Shown piece after piece: positions 50,201-62,551 of a DNA stretch of 64,000 bases (position 1 is its first letter; each line of letters starts with the position of its first letter). Source of the DNA: Psammoneis japonica (lineage: Eukaryota); the NCBI GenBank assembly GCA_008632985.1, contig QPGO01000059.1:62001-126000 (forward strand), in the 5' to 3' direction. The position numbers and the translations under genes are program-made. The notes beneath the pieces are model-generated. The model was not told where the DNA came from. It made no database searches and saw only the letters and a program-made list of their open reading frames with translations.

Positions 50201-51915
50201 TTGCATGGGTGGTCCAAGACCAGAACAACAATCTCTTGTTGTTGATTGGTGCAGTGCTGAAATTGGCTCAAGAGTCACAACACAGCAGCTGTGCTGACAT
50301 GCTGAAGTGTGGCTGCAAAAATCTCAGAGATGTGCCAGCACAGGGTTCTTTCCCAATGGCTGCAGTGAGCAGCCTGACCTCAGAGGATTGCAAGTGATGC
50401 ATGCAGCTCACACCAAAATTGTGGAAAAATCATGGTGCATCTTGGTGGCTTGCAAGAGTGGGGTGCCAACACCAACAACAGGCAGCAAAGCCTCTTGATG
50501 AAAGCTCTGTTGCACAAATTTAGGATTGCAGCAGCAATGGCCAAGAGCGGGCTTTGCAAGATGCGTGGAAAGTGTCATCCTCCTGCAGAGCTGTGCTTCA
50601 AAGGAGATGTGTTGTGCAACATCATGTGGATCAATGAAGAGTGCAAAGCTGCAAGAGAGATGTGCAGATGAGACAATGAGCAAATCACAATGGCATGGAA
50701 CAGTGATGTGATGCTTTGGAAACATCTGGTTCACAATGTCATTTTTCCAACAAAGCACGCAATCAGGCAGAGCATCCAGTGCAAAAACATGCATTGTTTA
50801 CATCATCAAAACAGAACTCACTGAAAGCTCTAAAAATGCCTGTGTTTTTCACAGACTCAGCTGTGTTTGTGTCAAAAATTTTGTCATCTTTGATGGCTTC
50901 AAACCACGGCTCTGAAATGCATTTGATTGCTGCACACAAATGAGAAAGCTGGCAAAGTCATTGAACAATGAACAAGTCAGATTCCCAAACAAAATCACTT
51001 CGCAATTGCATGCAGACATGTTTAAAATGTGGCAGTGCCACAGCAAAACGCTCTGTCACATCCAACTAATTTTTTCAAAGTGCCATGGGACCTTTCAGAA
51101 GATTGTGGCAAATCAGGGTTGGGTGACATTCCTCAATGAGTCTGGCAAGGGTCACATTTGCTCTGGAGCAGCCACAGCTGGTGCAACCTTTTTTTTTCTG
51201 TGGTGTGTTGATGACTGCCACCACTGGAGAAATGAACCCAGTGCCCAAGAAGCTGAGTTTGATGGCTGTTTGGGTCAGATCAGCTCTCTTTCAAATCTCC
51301 AAGTTGCAAGTCTTTGTGCATGATCTTTTCAAAAAGTGCTCACCAAGTGCAAGAGGTTGGATCTTCCAAATTGTGTTGGCACTGGCAGTCTCAGCAGCAA
51401 TGTGTCAGCCGTGGATGGCAACAAGGCACTGGTGGTCTGCACATGTTTTCTGTGAGAGAATGCCTCCATTGCAGCCATGTTTGTGTTTCAACACAATGGT
51501 GATGGGGAAGCATGTTGCAGCACCTTGGATGTGGATGCAGACTCATGATGTGGTGTGTTCCTCAAGGCCCTCAAACAAAATGTCCAAACTCAAGAAAAAA
51601 CTTGAATCTACCCTGGAGCTTTTTTGGTGCCAACGTGGTGAACCAACTCCGTGGCTGCATGGAGGATGTCAAGGGTTGGACTGGCAGCTCTGGTGATGAA
51701 GAAAAAATGACATGTGTGGGAAGAAGACAAAGACTTTGCGAGGTGTGAATGCGCTGCGGTCGAAGCAATTTCCAAGGGAAATTTGGAGCATGGTGGTTGC
51801 AAGGAAGGGGGGGAAAGCAGCTGACTAAACAATGCACGGGTGGACATCAGTGAAGAGGACAAGGACCGCATGGGGCATTTCATCCGTGTGCCGTGCGTTG
51901 TGCAAACTGCATGCA
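44240..51915. other. CpG/TpA-depleted block C (about 7.7 kb of decayed, unidentified repeat/TE sequence)
   Basis: Same signature; no protein family could be recognised by eye. Confidence 0.88.
47955..48310 (+). repeat. Diverged tandem direct repeat, period about 190 bp, 2 copies
   Basis: aaaaggaagca.aaccacca...gccatgttgca.ggaag.ctggg...tgttgatgac..catcttttgggaagcc at about 47958 and 48152. Confidence 0.8.
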
Positions 51916-52418
51916 CTAATTTGTAGCCATCAGCGGAATGGAGAAGATTACAAAAGCTGATCGCACTCTGTATGATGTAGGCGTCAGACTATGCGTAAAA
52001 AGCATGGGCCTTTCAATTTCAAAGAAAACACCTGTGTTTTATCCGTGCACACTATCCTCTAGGAATAGCTTAAATGCCAACAAGCGCCGATGCGCACCAC
52101 CAGGCCGTCGAAACGAAAGGTAAGATGCCTTTCCGCATGGTGGCTAGCCCTAGGTAGTGTCAAATTGGGGCGTCTTAACCACAGCCTTATCGTCTCGTGA
52201 GTGCGACCTAAAGCGAAGAATCATGAGAGTTGGTGGTCAGATCGAATACTGTATTTGTCAAGTTTAGGGTAATGATGAGAATTGTCTCCCGACCAATTTT
52301 CGTGATTGATGGCTTGGAACCAACTTTTCTCGAAACTGGCTACTGTAGCGTTGGCTTTGGTCGGATCCGGAGTGCTTCCGGAAGGGTCCAAGCAACAAAG
52401 GATGGCCTTGATCCTTTG

Positions 52419-53023
52419 TCAATAGGTGTATTGCTTCAACGTAACTTGGTAGGTTACCTCATATGCGTCAAGGCGAGCGGTGCTGGCACGAATCTCAGGA
52501 TTACGATATCCTTTTCGGTATTCCAAACCACGGAGTAGTTTCTTGACAATATCTCTTGTATTCGTCAGGAAATTGCTCGCGAAGGTATTTCTCTTCAGGC
52601 CGCACCAGCACAAAATAAAAAAGGGAACGCCCACTGGAACTGCAAGCAAAAGAATCCACGCATTATTGGATAGAAAGCCTGCACCGGGCATGAAAAAGGC
52701 CACGCATGCAAAATACGTTGGATGGCGTGAGTATCGAAAAACTCCCGTGGTAATAAGACGTGTGGTGGGTCGGCCCGGCTGGTGTGGTTGTTGGTACTCT
52801 GCAAGTACTGCATGAGTAGAACGAATCGTTAAAATGCCAAGGATCAAAAGAATTGACGCTACGGTGAAACGCACAGCATCCGGAATGCCGACAGTTGCAG
52901 GGGAAACACTCGCTGCAGCGTTGCACAAAGAAGATACATGACAGCACCAAGAAACTCGCTCGTTTTGTGCACAGTGCTCTTGTGAGCCGCAGGAGGAGCA
53001 TGGCTGTCTTCAATCGAGCTCAT
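52419..53023 (-). CDS. ICMT/PEMT-family membrane methyltransferase, frameshifted
   Basis: QPHQPGRPTTRLITTGVFRYSRHPTY; hydrophobic helices. The 3' end is uncertain. Confidence 0.8.
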
Positions 53024-53299
53024 GGTGATCTCAGTTATGGGAAAGCACGTCGTGTTCCTGAATGATGGAGACAACAAAAGTGAATGTGTCATAACATGCT
53101 GATCCAGAGCGGGAGAATATCGTTCTGGAGATCGCAGATATCCTGCAGATAAGCGACCGCGCATTGCAGCGCGCACACAGTTGTAGTGTGCTCGATGCCA
53201 GTGATGGATGATTCGTCACACCGCCACGTTTTGTCCGATGGCAACGGTTGTGGAGTGATGGAGAAAGCGTGTCTGAGAAAGTGAAGCTCTCATAGCGTT

Positions 53300-55905
53300 G
53301 TGCAGATGACACTAAAGAGACTGAGTGCTGTCCTGCTGGCTGTTCTTGAGAGAGATCTCACAGATTGAAGAGATTTTTTTGCTCGTGTCCCGCCGCTCAC
53401 ATGTTGACCTTGCAGATTGGGAGTTGTTTGGCAATTTTGAAAAGGCATCCCACTGAAGAACAAGTTTTGACCAAGGCTGTTGAGCCCAAGAAGTTGGAGC
53501 CTGGAGAGCACATGGTGGTGTGTCCCTTCCTTTCTTGGCACCTTGTGTTCTGTTTTGTTCAAAAGTGTGAGGCACAAAAAAGTGGAGTGCTGTCTGTGCA
53601 GCAAGTGACTCATCACATGGTTGAAGGGACTTTCACAGCTTTGAAGTCAGGGAGCACGGAACAAGCATCATGCCCTTGAAGGTGACATGCAGGAGGGGGG
53701 AGGGGCACAGTGTTTTTTTTCTCTCCACTTTTGCTCCCCTCTCCCACTCTGTTGTTGATTTGTGTGCATTTGCTTTGTGCTCTTGCAACAAAAAGATCCA
53801 AGCAGACAGAGCTCTTGATCTTCTCATGGTTTCACCATGGAGGGGAAAAGTGAGCAGGGCCTGAGCAGCTTTGGGCTTGACATGTTCAGGCGTCACATTT
53901 GACATGTGGCCAGTGCGGCGCACAGGGAAGAGGCAGGAGCAACAATGCGCTGCTGATGGGTGGGCAGTGTCTCCTCTGGATCCTCTCACAAATCAGTTGA
54001 TTGCAGAGTGATTGCATTTTTGTCAAGTTCTTCTTTGGCTCTGTTGATGGCAGGCATGCGGCTTGTGGGTTTGGGGGGGAGCTGGGGCTCCCCAGTTTAT
54101 TTTGTCTGGCGAGATGGGTTGTGAGCCACTGGGACGCACCAAGTGCTGCGTCCCGCACCACGCAGCACGGACCACGACGAGCGCATGGTGCACAGTGCAG
54201 CACACACAGTGCACGCAAGCGAACCGCCATGGCAGATGCCATCCATGTCAAGAAGATGCCATTGAACGAATGTGCCATGGAGGATGATGCGCCTGCTGCA
54301 GATGAGTCTTTTCTCTCCTGAGGAACTTGTTCAATGAGAATCAAACAAGAGTTCTCAGACAAGATCACACTCTCTCTCCTTCTTGCATGCAACAAAAGGC
54401 CAGTCCAGGTGCCCAGCTAGAGCAGACTGCAGTTTAATGTGTGCAACAGATCGCATGATGATGGTTTAACCCACACACTGCGGGTGCAGTCCCTCCAGGT
54501 TTAACAGGCAGTGTGATGACGTGTTCCAAAAACTGGGCCCCCGCTTTTTTTGTCGGGGGGATTCCCCTTTTTATGCGAAGTGCTCCCCCCTAAACCCACA
54601 AGCCCACAGGCATGCTGCAGACACCGGCAGATGCACATCTGCCGCTGTCCCAAATTTTTGACAAAAATGCAAGAAAAAGAACAAGAAGAAACTTCAGCAA
54701 AAAAGCAAAAACAGGGAAAAAACAAACAAAACACTTGCCACCAACTCTCACAAAAAATGGCCAATGGCCAACAGACATCACACACTGCAACGCTGTTCTG
54801 AATCAACATTCTGAGCACTCCATTTTCTCACACAGGTGTGCCAAATGCCATGAGCATCTGCGAGGAAGAACAAACATCTTGCAGAGGAGCTCAAGATTTT
54901 GTGAAGAGAGGGCAAATCACAGCAATGAAGATGTTGAGGCCAGAGAAGTCATTGAGAACATGACGCTGCTTGCAAGTGCCTGCACCTTCTGAGGGAGAGC
55001 TGTGCACACATTTTTTTTATGTGTGCTGGGGGATCTCACCAATGTTCCACACCATTTGGCCAGCTGGGCAGCAGAGTCAGGTGAGGTTGGCCAGAGGATC
55101 TTGTCAAAACAGATGGCACACAACATTGGGTGGCATGGCACCCAACTGTTGTCCTCTTTTGACTGGTGCACACAAAGTTGAATGGCTGATGGGCGGCTTG
55201 TGTGAGGGAGTGTGTTGGAACACAAGGTGTGCAAGAAACGTTGGTCTTGTCCTCACTTTTGCTTTGGCTTCTGCGCCAGGATGCAACAACATGTGGCAGT
55301 GTGGGGTGCATTTGGAATGTGGCTGCAGTCCAAGTGGTGAGCTTTGGAGAGTGGTGGTGAGACCAACACAGATTTTTCCCCAAGAAGTTGGAACCTGGAG
55401 CATGTGGCATTGCTCTGATCTTGCCTCTCTTCCGCTGAGCATTCTTCCTGCAGCTGTTGCTCAAGCACATGTCAGTGGAACCTGGTCAGCAGTGCAGCAA
55501 GCACCTCATGTGGTTGAAAAGATTGGTGCTTGCCATTCAGTGCTGTGCTGGGATTTGAAGTCAAGGAGCACAACAAACCATGACTTTGGAGTTGACGTCA
55601 GCATGTTTTCCTGCACACACTTTCTTCTTGGCATGTTCTCATCCCTGCTGTTGTTGACTTGCTTGCGTTTGCATTGTGCACTTGCAACAACAAAGATCTC
55701 AGCAGATGGCCCCCTTGATTTTCTGATGGCTTTGTCATGGAGGGGAAGAGTGAAGGGGATCTGAGGCCCCCTTGCCCCCACCCATTGTGCCACCAGCACA
55801 CTGCTTCTTGTTTGGCACACAGCAGCATGGCATGCAGATGAGCGATGTTTCTGGTCACCAGGAACCTCCTCTGGATCCACTCACAATGCAGTTAATTGCA
55901 GAGTA
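53300..55905. other. CpG/TpA-depleted block D containing two diverged copies of one segment (about 53400-53870 and 55310-55770)
   Basis: Shared cccaagaagttgga.cctggag, ttgaagtca.ggagcac, cttgcaacaa.aaagatc and catggagggg.a.agtga in the same order. Confidence 0.82.
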
Positions 55906-56209
55906 ATTTCAACTTTTGAAAATTCTTTTTAGCCCACCGGTGGCAGACGTGCTCTCTGCCAGATAGAGGGAGAGGGCCCATTCACTGCCTGCCTGAAGGA
56001 AATCCGTGGCGACGACTCCTTGCGACAAAATCGCGACAAAAGCTACAAGCAATGGCTGCAGCATCGTAAAGTTAAAATGCTCAAGAGTGACCAAAGCACT
56101 TCTACCCTCCGCACTCAATTTGATCAGCAGCAGCAGTATAGCATGTACTGAGTTGTCCCCACCAAAGTGTTGCGAATTTACTACTTTGTTTATTAATAAA
56201 GTAGTAGGG

Positions 56210-57222
56210 TCACCCCTCCAGGTTTTGTGCTCCCACGATTTGTCCTCCCAAATGAACGACCATTTTGCCAATCACTCGTGAGAAACCCCCGGTGCTGAGC
56301 ATAAATCTCGACGCGTGTGCCATGAAATAAAAGTCTTGATCGGGGTGATTTCCTTCGATTTGCAGTTGCACCTGGTATCCAGCCTCGGCGATTCCTCGGG
56401 AGAGACAATGCGCATAGAGTTTACTCTGTTGCCACTCCTCTGCTTCATGAGAGCCCCCCACGAACTGGATAGTGTCGATACTCTTGCCGGAATCCGTGAT
56501 GTTTTCAAGCATGTCAATGTAGTCGTTGACACTAAAGATAGTCTTGACCTTTATGTAATCCGGATGGTGGGTGCGGCCTCCGTTGAGTAGCAAGTAGGTA
56601 GCATCGGCATTTGTCCTACTCTCATTTGCACTACTCTCATTGAGGAGTTGCGAGGCATGTTCAATGACATCCCCGAGTCGCAGATGCACAATGAAATCCC
56701 TGGGTCCAGGCTTTTCGAAACCCGGTCGCTTCTCTTCTTCGATGAGTTGAAAGATTTGCTCCACAACGTCCATATTTTCTTTGCCATCTGGTTCAATACA
56801 TTTACTCATGGCCCCGTACATACCAGCAATAGTATCAAAATACGTCAGATTGGGCAAATAGTCAGCATTCTCACCCAATAGTGTATTGTTGCAGGTGGAG
56901 CAAAATCTGATACAGTCGCCCAAACGATATTTATTCCCCATAATGCTCTTGCCCTTGAATAGCGCGTCATGGGGCCCCCGTAACGTTCCTCGACGGGGAA
57001 CGCCAGCAAAGGGTTTATACAGATTCGTGTCATTTTTCACATCTGTAACACATTGCTCGAGCCACTCTGGGGTTGGTCGAGAAGGCATCTTGATCGGGGT
57101 GGGGGAGTTGTTGTTGATATTGTTGTTGTCGTCGTCGTCATTGTTGTTGTCCGCGCAGCATAGACCCACACAACAAACACAAAGAGACAACAAATGGCAA
57201 CAATTCTTACAAAAACGTTCAT
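56210..57222 (-). CDS. Type II membrane glycosyltransferase-like (GT11/fucosyltransferase-type motifs) protein
   Basis: IVHLRLGDV and PDQDFYFMAHASRFMLSTGGFS; N-terminal hydrophobic segment. Confidence 0.6.
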
Positions 57223-57717
57223 GGTGCTGCTCTTTGTGACCTTATGCCGAAAGTTACAGGTGCATTAATTTTAGCGTACCGTACCGCCGTCTGTGCAGGA
57301 ACTGACGGAGGATGAGCTTTTTTTTTCTGGATTTTGTCAACCGTGTCTCGGGATTCCAAAATATGAACAGTTAAAAAGAAGTTGGCGCCCCCATGAGAAG
57401 TTTTAGAAGAGGAGACGAAGGGGAAAAGGAGGGAAGAAAGGAGCTTCACTAATGCGGTGCAACTCTGTTATGAGCAAGCACCCACGTTTGGCATAGGATG
57501 TTGATGATCAATACAGTATTTGAAATTTCTTATCGTTAGGTCTGCACTGCACCGGCAGGCAGTCTCACGCCCCGCACTGTAATGCACAGTAGAACCGCGC
57601 GTAGAAAAATGTCAGGCTACAGAAAATTTGCTGAGGGGGAGAACGCCGAATCAGATTTTTTCCTTGTTTCGCACGAGATTTGCAACGCAGCGACCATGAC
57701 ATAACCCGTCACGTAAG

Positions 57718-59850
57718 ATGGGCGTCGGAGGCCTGTGGCTCAAGGCGCTTTGTCCCATCAACACTCAACCCTCTGTTCCCTTCAGAGTGATGCCCGAGGG
57801 AAGAGACTTGGGGTCGATGTTTCAGTTTCGCTGCACAAAAACTGTCATGAGAATGTCGCGGTGCAGTGTTTGATGCTGGATCCACCACATCCACCGAAGA
57901 TCTCATTGACAGCTCTTCGTCAACACACAAGAAGCTTGTGTCCACTGGCATCACTCCAGTCCATGCATTTGAGGATGGGTGTCATCATCCGATGAAGAGT
58001 GTGAGGCCCGAGAGGCGCAAGACAGAGAACCATCCAGAAAGCCAACGGAGGATGGAGGAGTTCTTTTGCAAAGCCTGAAATGGCACTCTAATGCCTGATT
58101 CAGATCATGGCAAGGTGGCAAAGCATGTCTGAGCTCTCTGCAATCCAAGTGCAGACATGATCAGTGGCGTGGATGAAGTGCGACAATGTGGAGTGTGAAT
58201 GCGCCCCGTTTGAGGCAGAACATCAGCTCATGAAAATGGAGGCAGAGGGTTGGATTGATGCTGTCATGACAGCAGAGAATGGTGACACAGTGTTCCTCAG
58301 TGCAAAAGTTGTTCATTTCAAGGTTGACTTCAATGCTTGCAAGAGTGGAAGTTGCACACCAGCCAAAGCAACAATCTTCCTGACGGGCATCAAATGGGCG
58401 AGCATTCATTCAAGCACTGGGCAGTGATGGCCAAACTCCTTGGAATGGACTGCAACAAAAACATGTGCAACATTGCATTTGCAAAGGTTTTTCACCACAT
58501 TTTGTCACAGCTCTCAGTTTGGTCTGGTGCAAATGCTGTGCAAACAAACTGCACACAACAAGCACCCAAGAGCTCGCACCCGGGAAGGGTGCATGATCGC
58601 CTTTGACAAAGCTGTTGCACCATTCAAACATTGCCCTGTGCTTGATGCAGATTCCAATTTTGCACCATTGACTCCTTTGCCTGCATCTGTTGACATGAGT
58701 TCATGGGGCAATCTTGTTGGGTTTGATCCTCTCAAAGTTTTGCCACACAGTCAATCATTGACTGCAATGTTGCTTGATGATTTGAAGGTCCAACATTTCT
58801 GAATGGTGCCCCACTGAAGGCTTTGCCAACTCCAACTTGCACTGCAGGTGAGAACTGGGAAGCTTTTGGAAAAGAGCTGCCTTGATGTGCACACTTGAAT
58901 TTTGGGGGACTGCTCCTGCAGAACATGCCCTGATGGATGTGTGCTGAAGTGTGTTGGACTGCAGCGCAGCTTGGCCCAATCCCTGTGGATCAGTCTAAAG
59001 TGGTGGGGAAAATGTTGGAGTTCATTTTGCAAAATGAATTGATTTTGGAACTTGAGAAGGTTCCAGTTGAAATTGGCTTGTGGATGACACATGAGGTGTT
59101 GGAGCCTGCTGGCTGCACGACAGGTTGGGGTCACAGCTGCTGCTTTGATCGCAAAACCCAGCTTGGATGGAGCAATGTGGATTTGGTTGCAAGATTTTAT
59201 CCCAAAGGAAATGAGCATGGCCTTGTGTGTGGAGTCTTGCTGTTGGAAGGTGGCAGCTTGCTTGTAGATTCCATCCACTTTCAAATGTGTTGGGCTCTTG
59301 CGGATGGCAGCACGGTTTGGGTTTTCAGGCTTCACTGCATTCCATTGATGAAGACAGATGTTGCATCATCAAACACCTCAGAGGCAAAGCCAAAGAAGAT
59401 GTGCAGGAAGGACAATGGTTCATGTTGGTTTTGTTGCTTTGTCCAAGGAGTTTTTGCTGCTTCTGTTTTCCTGCTGCACGGTTGCTGCAATGACAGTGGT
59501 GTGTGCTGTTGTGTTCTTGCAACTCTGTGTGTGTTTTGACAGTCACAGAGGTGCATGGACCAAGGCATGTTTGAGAGAGCAATGCCGCCCTCTCCTGTCA
59601 ATCACACACCATTTTTGATCAAACAGATTGCATTTGCAGAGACTTCTTGGTGCTGCACTGCTTTTTCCACTGGAACAGAGAAGCAAACAGCAATGCTTTG
59701 TGCACAAAAGAGTTGCAACAATTGCAGATGCCTTGCTGCATCACACTGCTTTGTCTGCTCTAAAAGCAAGCAGCAATGCCACACAAGAATGAGCTGCTGT
59801 TGCAGAGACTTCAACAATTTGTCCACTGGAAGCAAACACAAAATTTGAAG
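57718..59850 (+). pseudogene. Decayed EXO1/XPG(Rad2)-family 5' nuclease fused to a C-terminal SWIM-like zinc finger
   Basis: MGVGGLW..L.P; RGKRLGVDVSV.LHK; GITPVHAFEDG..HPMK....ERRK; APFEAEHQL...GWIDAVMT..GD..FL..KVV.FK; H3TH-like LLGMDC...NIAFAK; FDKAVAPFKH.PV; then CIP.MK...GC.N.SG.C..VLATL. Confidence 0.8.
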
Positions 59851-60011
59851 GCACATTCAAAGACATTTCATGGCATCATGATGCTTGTTGCAACAGCAGC
59901 AAACAGCAATGCTTGGCACAAAAAGAGAAACATGACAAAGTCAATCATGAATGAGACACACAGTGCCAGTTTTAAATTGGACACTCCAGCAGTCACACAG
60001 AAAACCCCTGT

Positions 60012-62551
60012 TTATTCCTGGCTTTGCAGTGGCCGACCAATGTTCATCTCGGCGTGTCCCCATTCCAGCATGTGTGGTGGCATCAGGCACAAATTTTTGC
60101 ATGGTGCTCCATCCCAAAGGCCAGCCATTGCCACCAGACAAGCAAAAGCAGTTTCCACAGGATGCCATGCTCAACAAAGATCATGCTTGTCAGAGAGCTC
60201 CAGCTCATGACACTGTTTGACTTCTTGCTCTTGCAACAACCGTGGCACCCAAAAGCTCCAGTGAAGCAAGGAAACAAACATCTGTTTTCTCAAACCCCTT
60301 GTCTCCAAGACCTTTGTTTGGCAGCATCTTGTGCTGGCACAGAAAGACACCCGTTAGAGCCTCGGCATCATTGTCCAAAACATGACCTTCTGGCATCAAC
60401 TCGCTGCCAAGCCAGCATGACAAATCTCACTGGAACTCTTTTGTCATTTCCAAGCATGCACTCAGGATGCACCTTTTGATTGTTTTTTGGTTGCACAACT
60501 TGTGCAGTCTCTCAAACAGTTCAAGTTGCTGCAGCAATTCCTTTGAAGAGCTGTGGGGCAACAAATGAAGCACCTTCTCACTCATGGCCTTCATTCAGCT
60601 GCAGCTCTTGCTCAGCATTGGTGCAACCTTGTCCAAGCTGGCTTTGCACAGCTTTTCATCCATCACGCAAACAACTTTCAGCCACTCACTGAACCACTTG
60701 TCAATGTGATCCGCAATGTGTTGACAATTTTTGGGTTGAGATTGTCCACAGCCAAGGAGGCTGCTGCTCCTTTTTGTCAAGTCCAAATTGCAGTCAGAGT
60801 CACTGAGGCCATTCCAGTCACTCTCAGCACTGCTGCCACCACCACTCTTGAGCTCAAAATCAAAATCCCAAAACTCCACAACTCTGGAACTGGCCCATCT
60901 GTTGTTGGTGTCATGACCCTTCTCCTGAGCCTCGTGGGGATCTGTTGCCACCACTGCTTCCTCCAGCTCCTTCCCTGCCACCAAGCAATCCCACGTCATC
61001 CAGCACCTGAGCTCTTTTTGAACTTTGTTTTCTTTGGCATGTCTTTCCACTCATGAATGGGAGCTTTCTCCTTTTGGCATGAACCAGTTGTCTCCACAAG
61101 ACATTTTTCATCAACTCGAGCCCCATGTGCCCTTTGTGTGCTCACACGACAACTCGCACAGCAACACAAAATTCACAAACCAAAATGCAGAGCAGCTCAT
61201 CTCACTCTGCTGTTTTGTTTGCAACATGCTGCACCACCCTTCTGCATGGTGTCTGTTGGTGTGTCCTTGCCATCCAGCAGTGCAGCAGTTTTGTCAAAAC
61301 TCTGTCAACAAATTCATCTGGCATCCCTTGTCAAAACAGTTGGGAGGCATCGGCAAGATGGAAAGAAACTTGCCACACTTCTCACCCCAACCTGGGGCCC
61401 ATTTGTTCAGATGCTTCAATGCTGCAGTCGTCACCACCCCAAAAAACCATCCCGTCATCTTTTGGACTGGACAGTGGGCCCAAAGTGTTCCACAATTGGT
61501 GCCTGTTCAAATGCAGTTGGATTTGGCAGGGCACACACAAGCTTCTTCTTTTTGGCAACAAATTTGATTGTTGGAACATGCTCAGGCACATTGGCAAAGA
61601 ATGCAGATGTGTGCCACTTTGCCTTGTTAAGAGACTGGAATCCAAACAAGTCCTTGGCTGCTCCAGGGTTGTTGGTGTGCCATTCTTCTGACATCAACTG
61701 GTGCCAACATGCTGAGTTGCTGTCAAGAAATTCTGTCAAGGAATCTTCCACCTCATCAGCAACAAACAAAGGTTCAGGAGGAGAAGGAGGGTTGTCAGCT
61801 TTGCACTTCCTGTGGCTTGTTGCTGCCCTCTTGCTTTCCTGCAGGTGCTTGACCTTGGCCTTTGCTTCTTTCAATGCTCCTTTCTGGGCAATGATGCACT
61901 CAGCAACAATGGAGGCAGCTCTTCAATTGTGAAAGCTGCAAGGCTGTGTGCTTCTTCAAAGCCTGCTGACAATGACCCAGCTTTGCAAATGCCATTCGCT
62001 CATCACACACTTCCTTGCAGGAATTGTGTGATGACTTTGATGTCTCTGCAAACAGCAGGGGTTCTTTTGACATGTTGGGGCAATGAAAGCAGTTTTTCTT
62101 TCCTTTCTTTGCAATGCCGAACCATGTCAAAGGTGTCAGCAAGTGTCTTCATTTCTGTTGCAGGGAGAGGGGCATGAATGTTTTCTTGCCCTTGTCAAAA
62201 AACTCTCCAACTGTCCAGCCATCCAATGGCATCTCATGACTGGCACCGATTCAATGCTGGCAACCAAATCTCCAGATGTGCCAAGGTTCAACAGTGCAGC
62301 ACCTCTCCATTTTGACTGCTTCGCTGAGTCACCTGAAAGCTGTTGTCACTTGCACCTGCCAGCATGAGTTTGCACTGTCAGGCAATGGCACCAAGAGCAC
62401 AAAGGTGTTTCTGAACCTCACGGCATGCATCACCCCAGCTGCAAATGCTGGTGTCATTTTCACCCCACCTCCTTGGATCATCTTTCAATGAAGACAGTGG
62501 CACCAGCTCCATGCTGTGAGAGGCACAATCAGGTTGACACGTGTTTTGCAT
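60012..62551 (-). mobile_element. Decayed DDE transposase of PIF/Harbinger-ISL2EU type (DDE_Tnp_4-like)
   Basis: HTH-like TAFEQ...FGV....KWAP.WG; LLDGKDTPTDT (D1, about 61250-61280); LGDKGFEKTD (D2, about 60280-60310); ARHPVETAF (E, about 60145-60172); C-terminal NIGRPL. Possible THAP-like N-terminus CQPDC. The 5' end is tentative. Confidence 0.75.

Noticed and set aside
28641..53023. Functional link between the two ICMT-like genes and the CaaX-bearing vWA protein
   Set aside because: The genes are far apart, one looks plastid-targeted, and the family includes many non-ICMT enzymes.
55720..55765. LHSSPP*Q / HFSPPW on the minus strand resembling cytosine methyltransferase motif IV
   Set aside because: The catalytic Cys is absent in both copies and no other methyltransferase motifs were found.
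4600..57222. Frameshifts in most host genes (pseudogenes or programmed frameshifting?)
   Set aside because: Single-base indels affect even housekeeping genes (HslV, YchF, VPS4) without stop accumulation, and there is an N at about 24055. An unpolished assembly is the simplest explanation.
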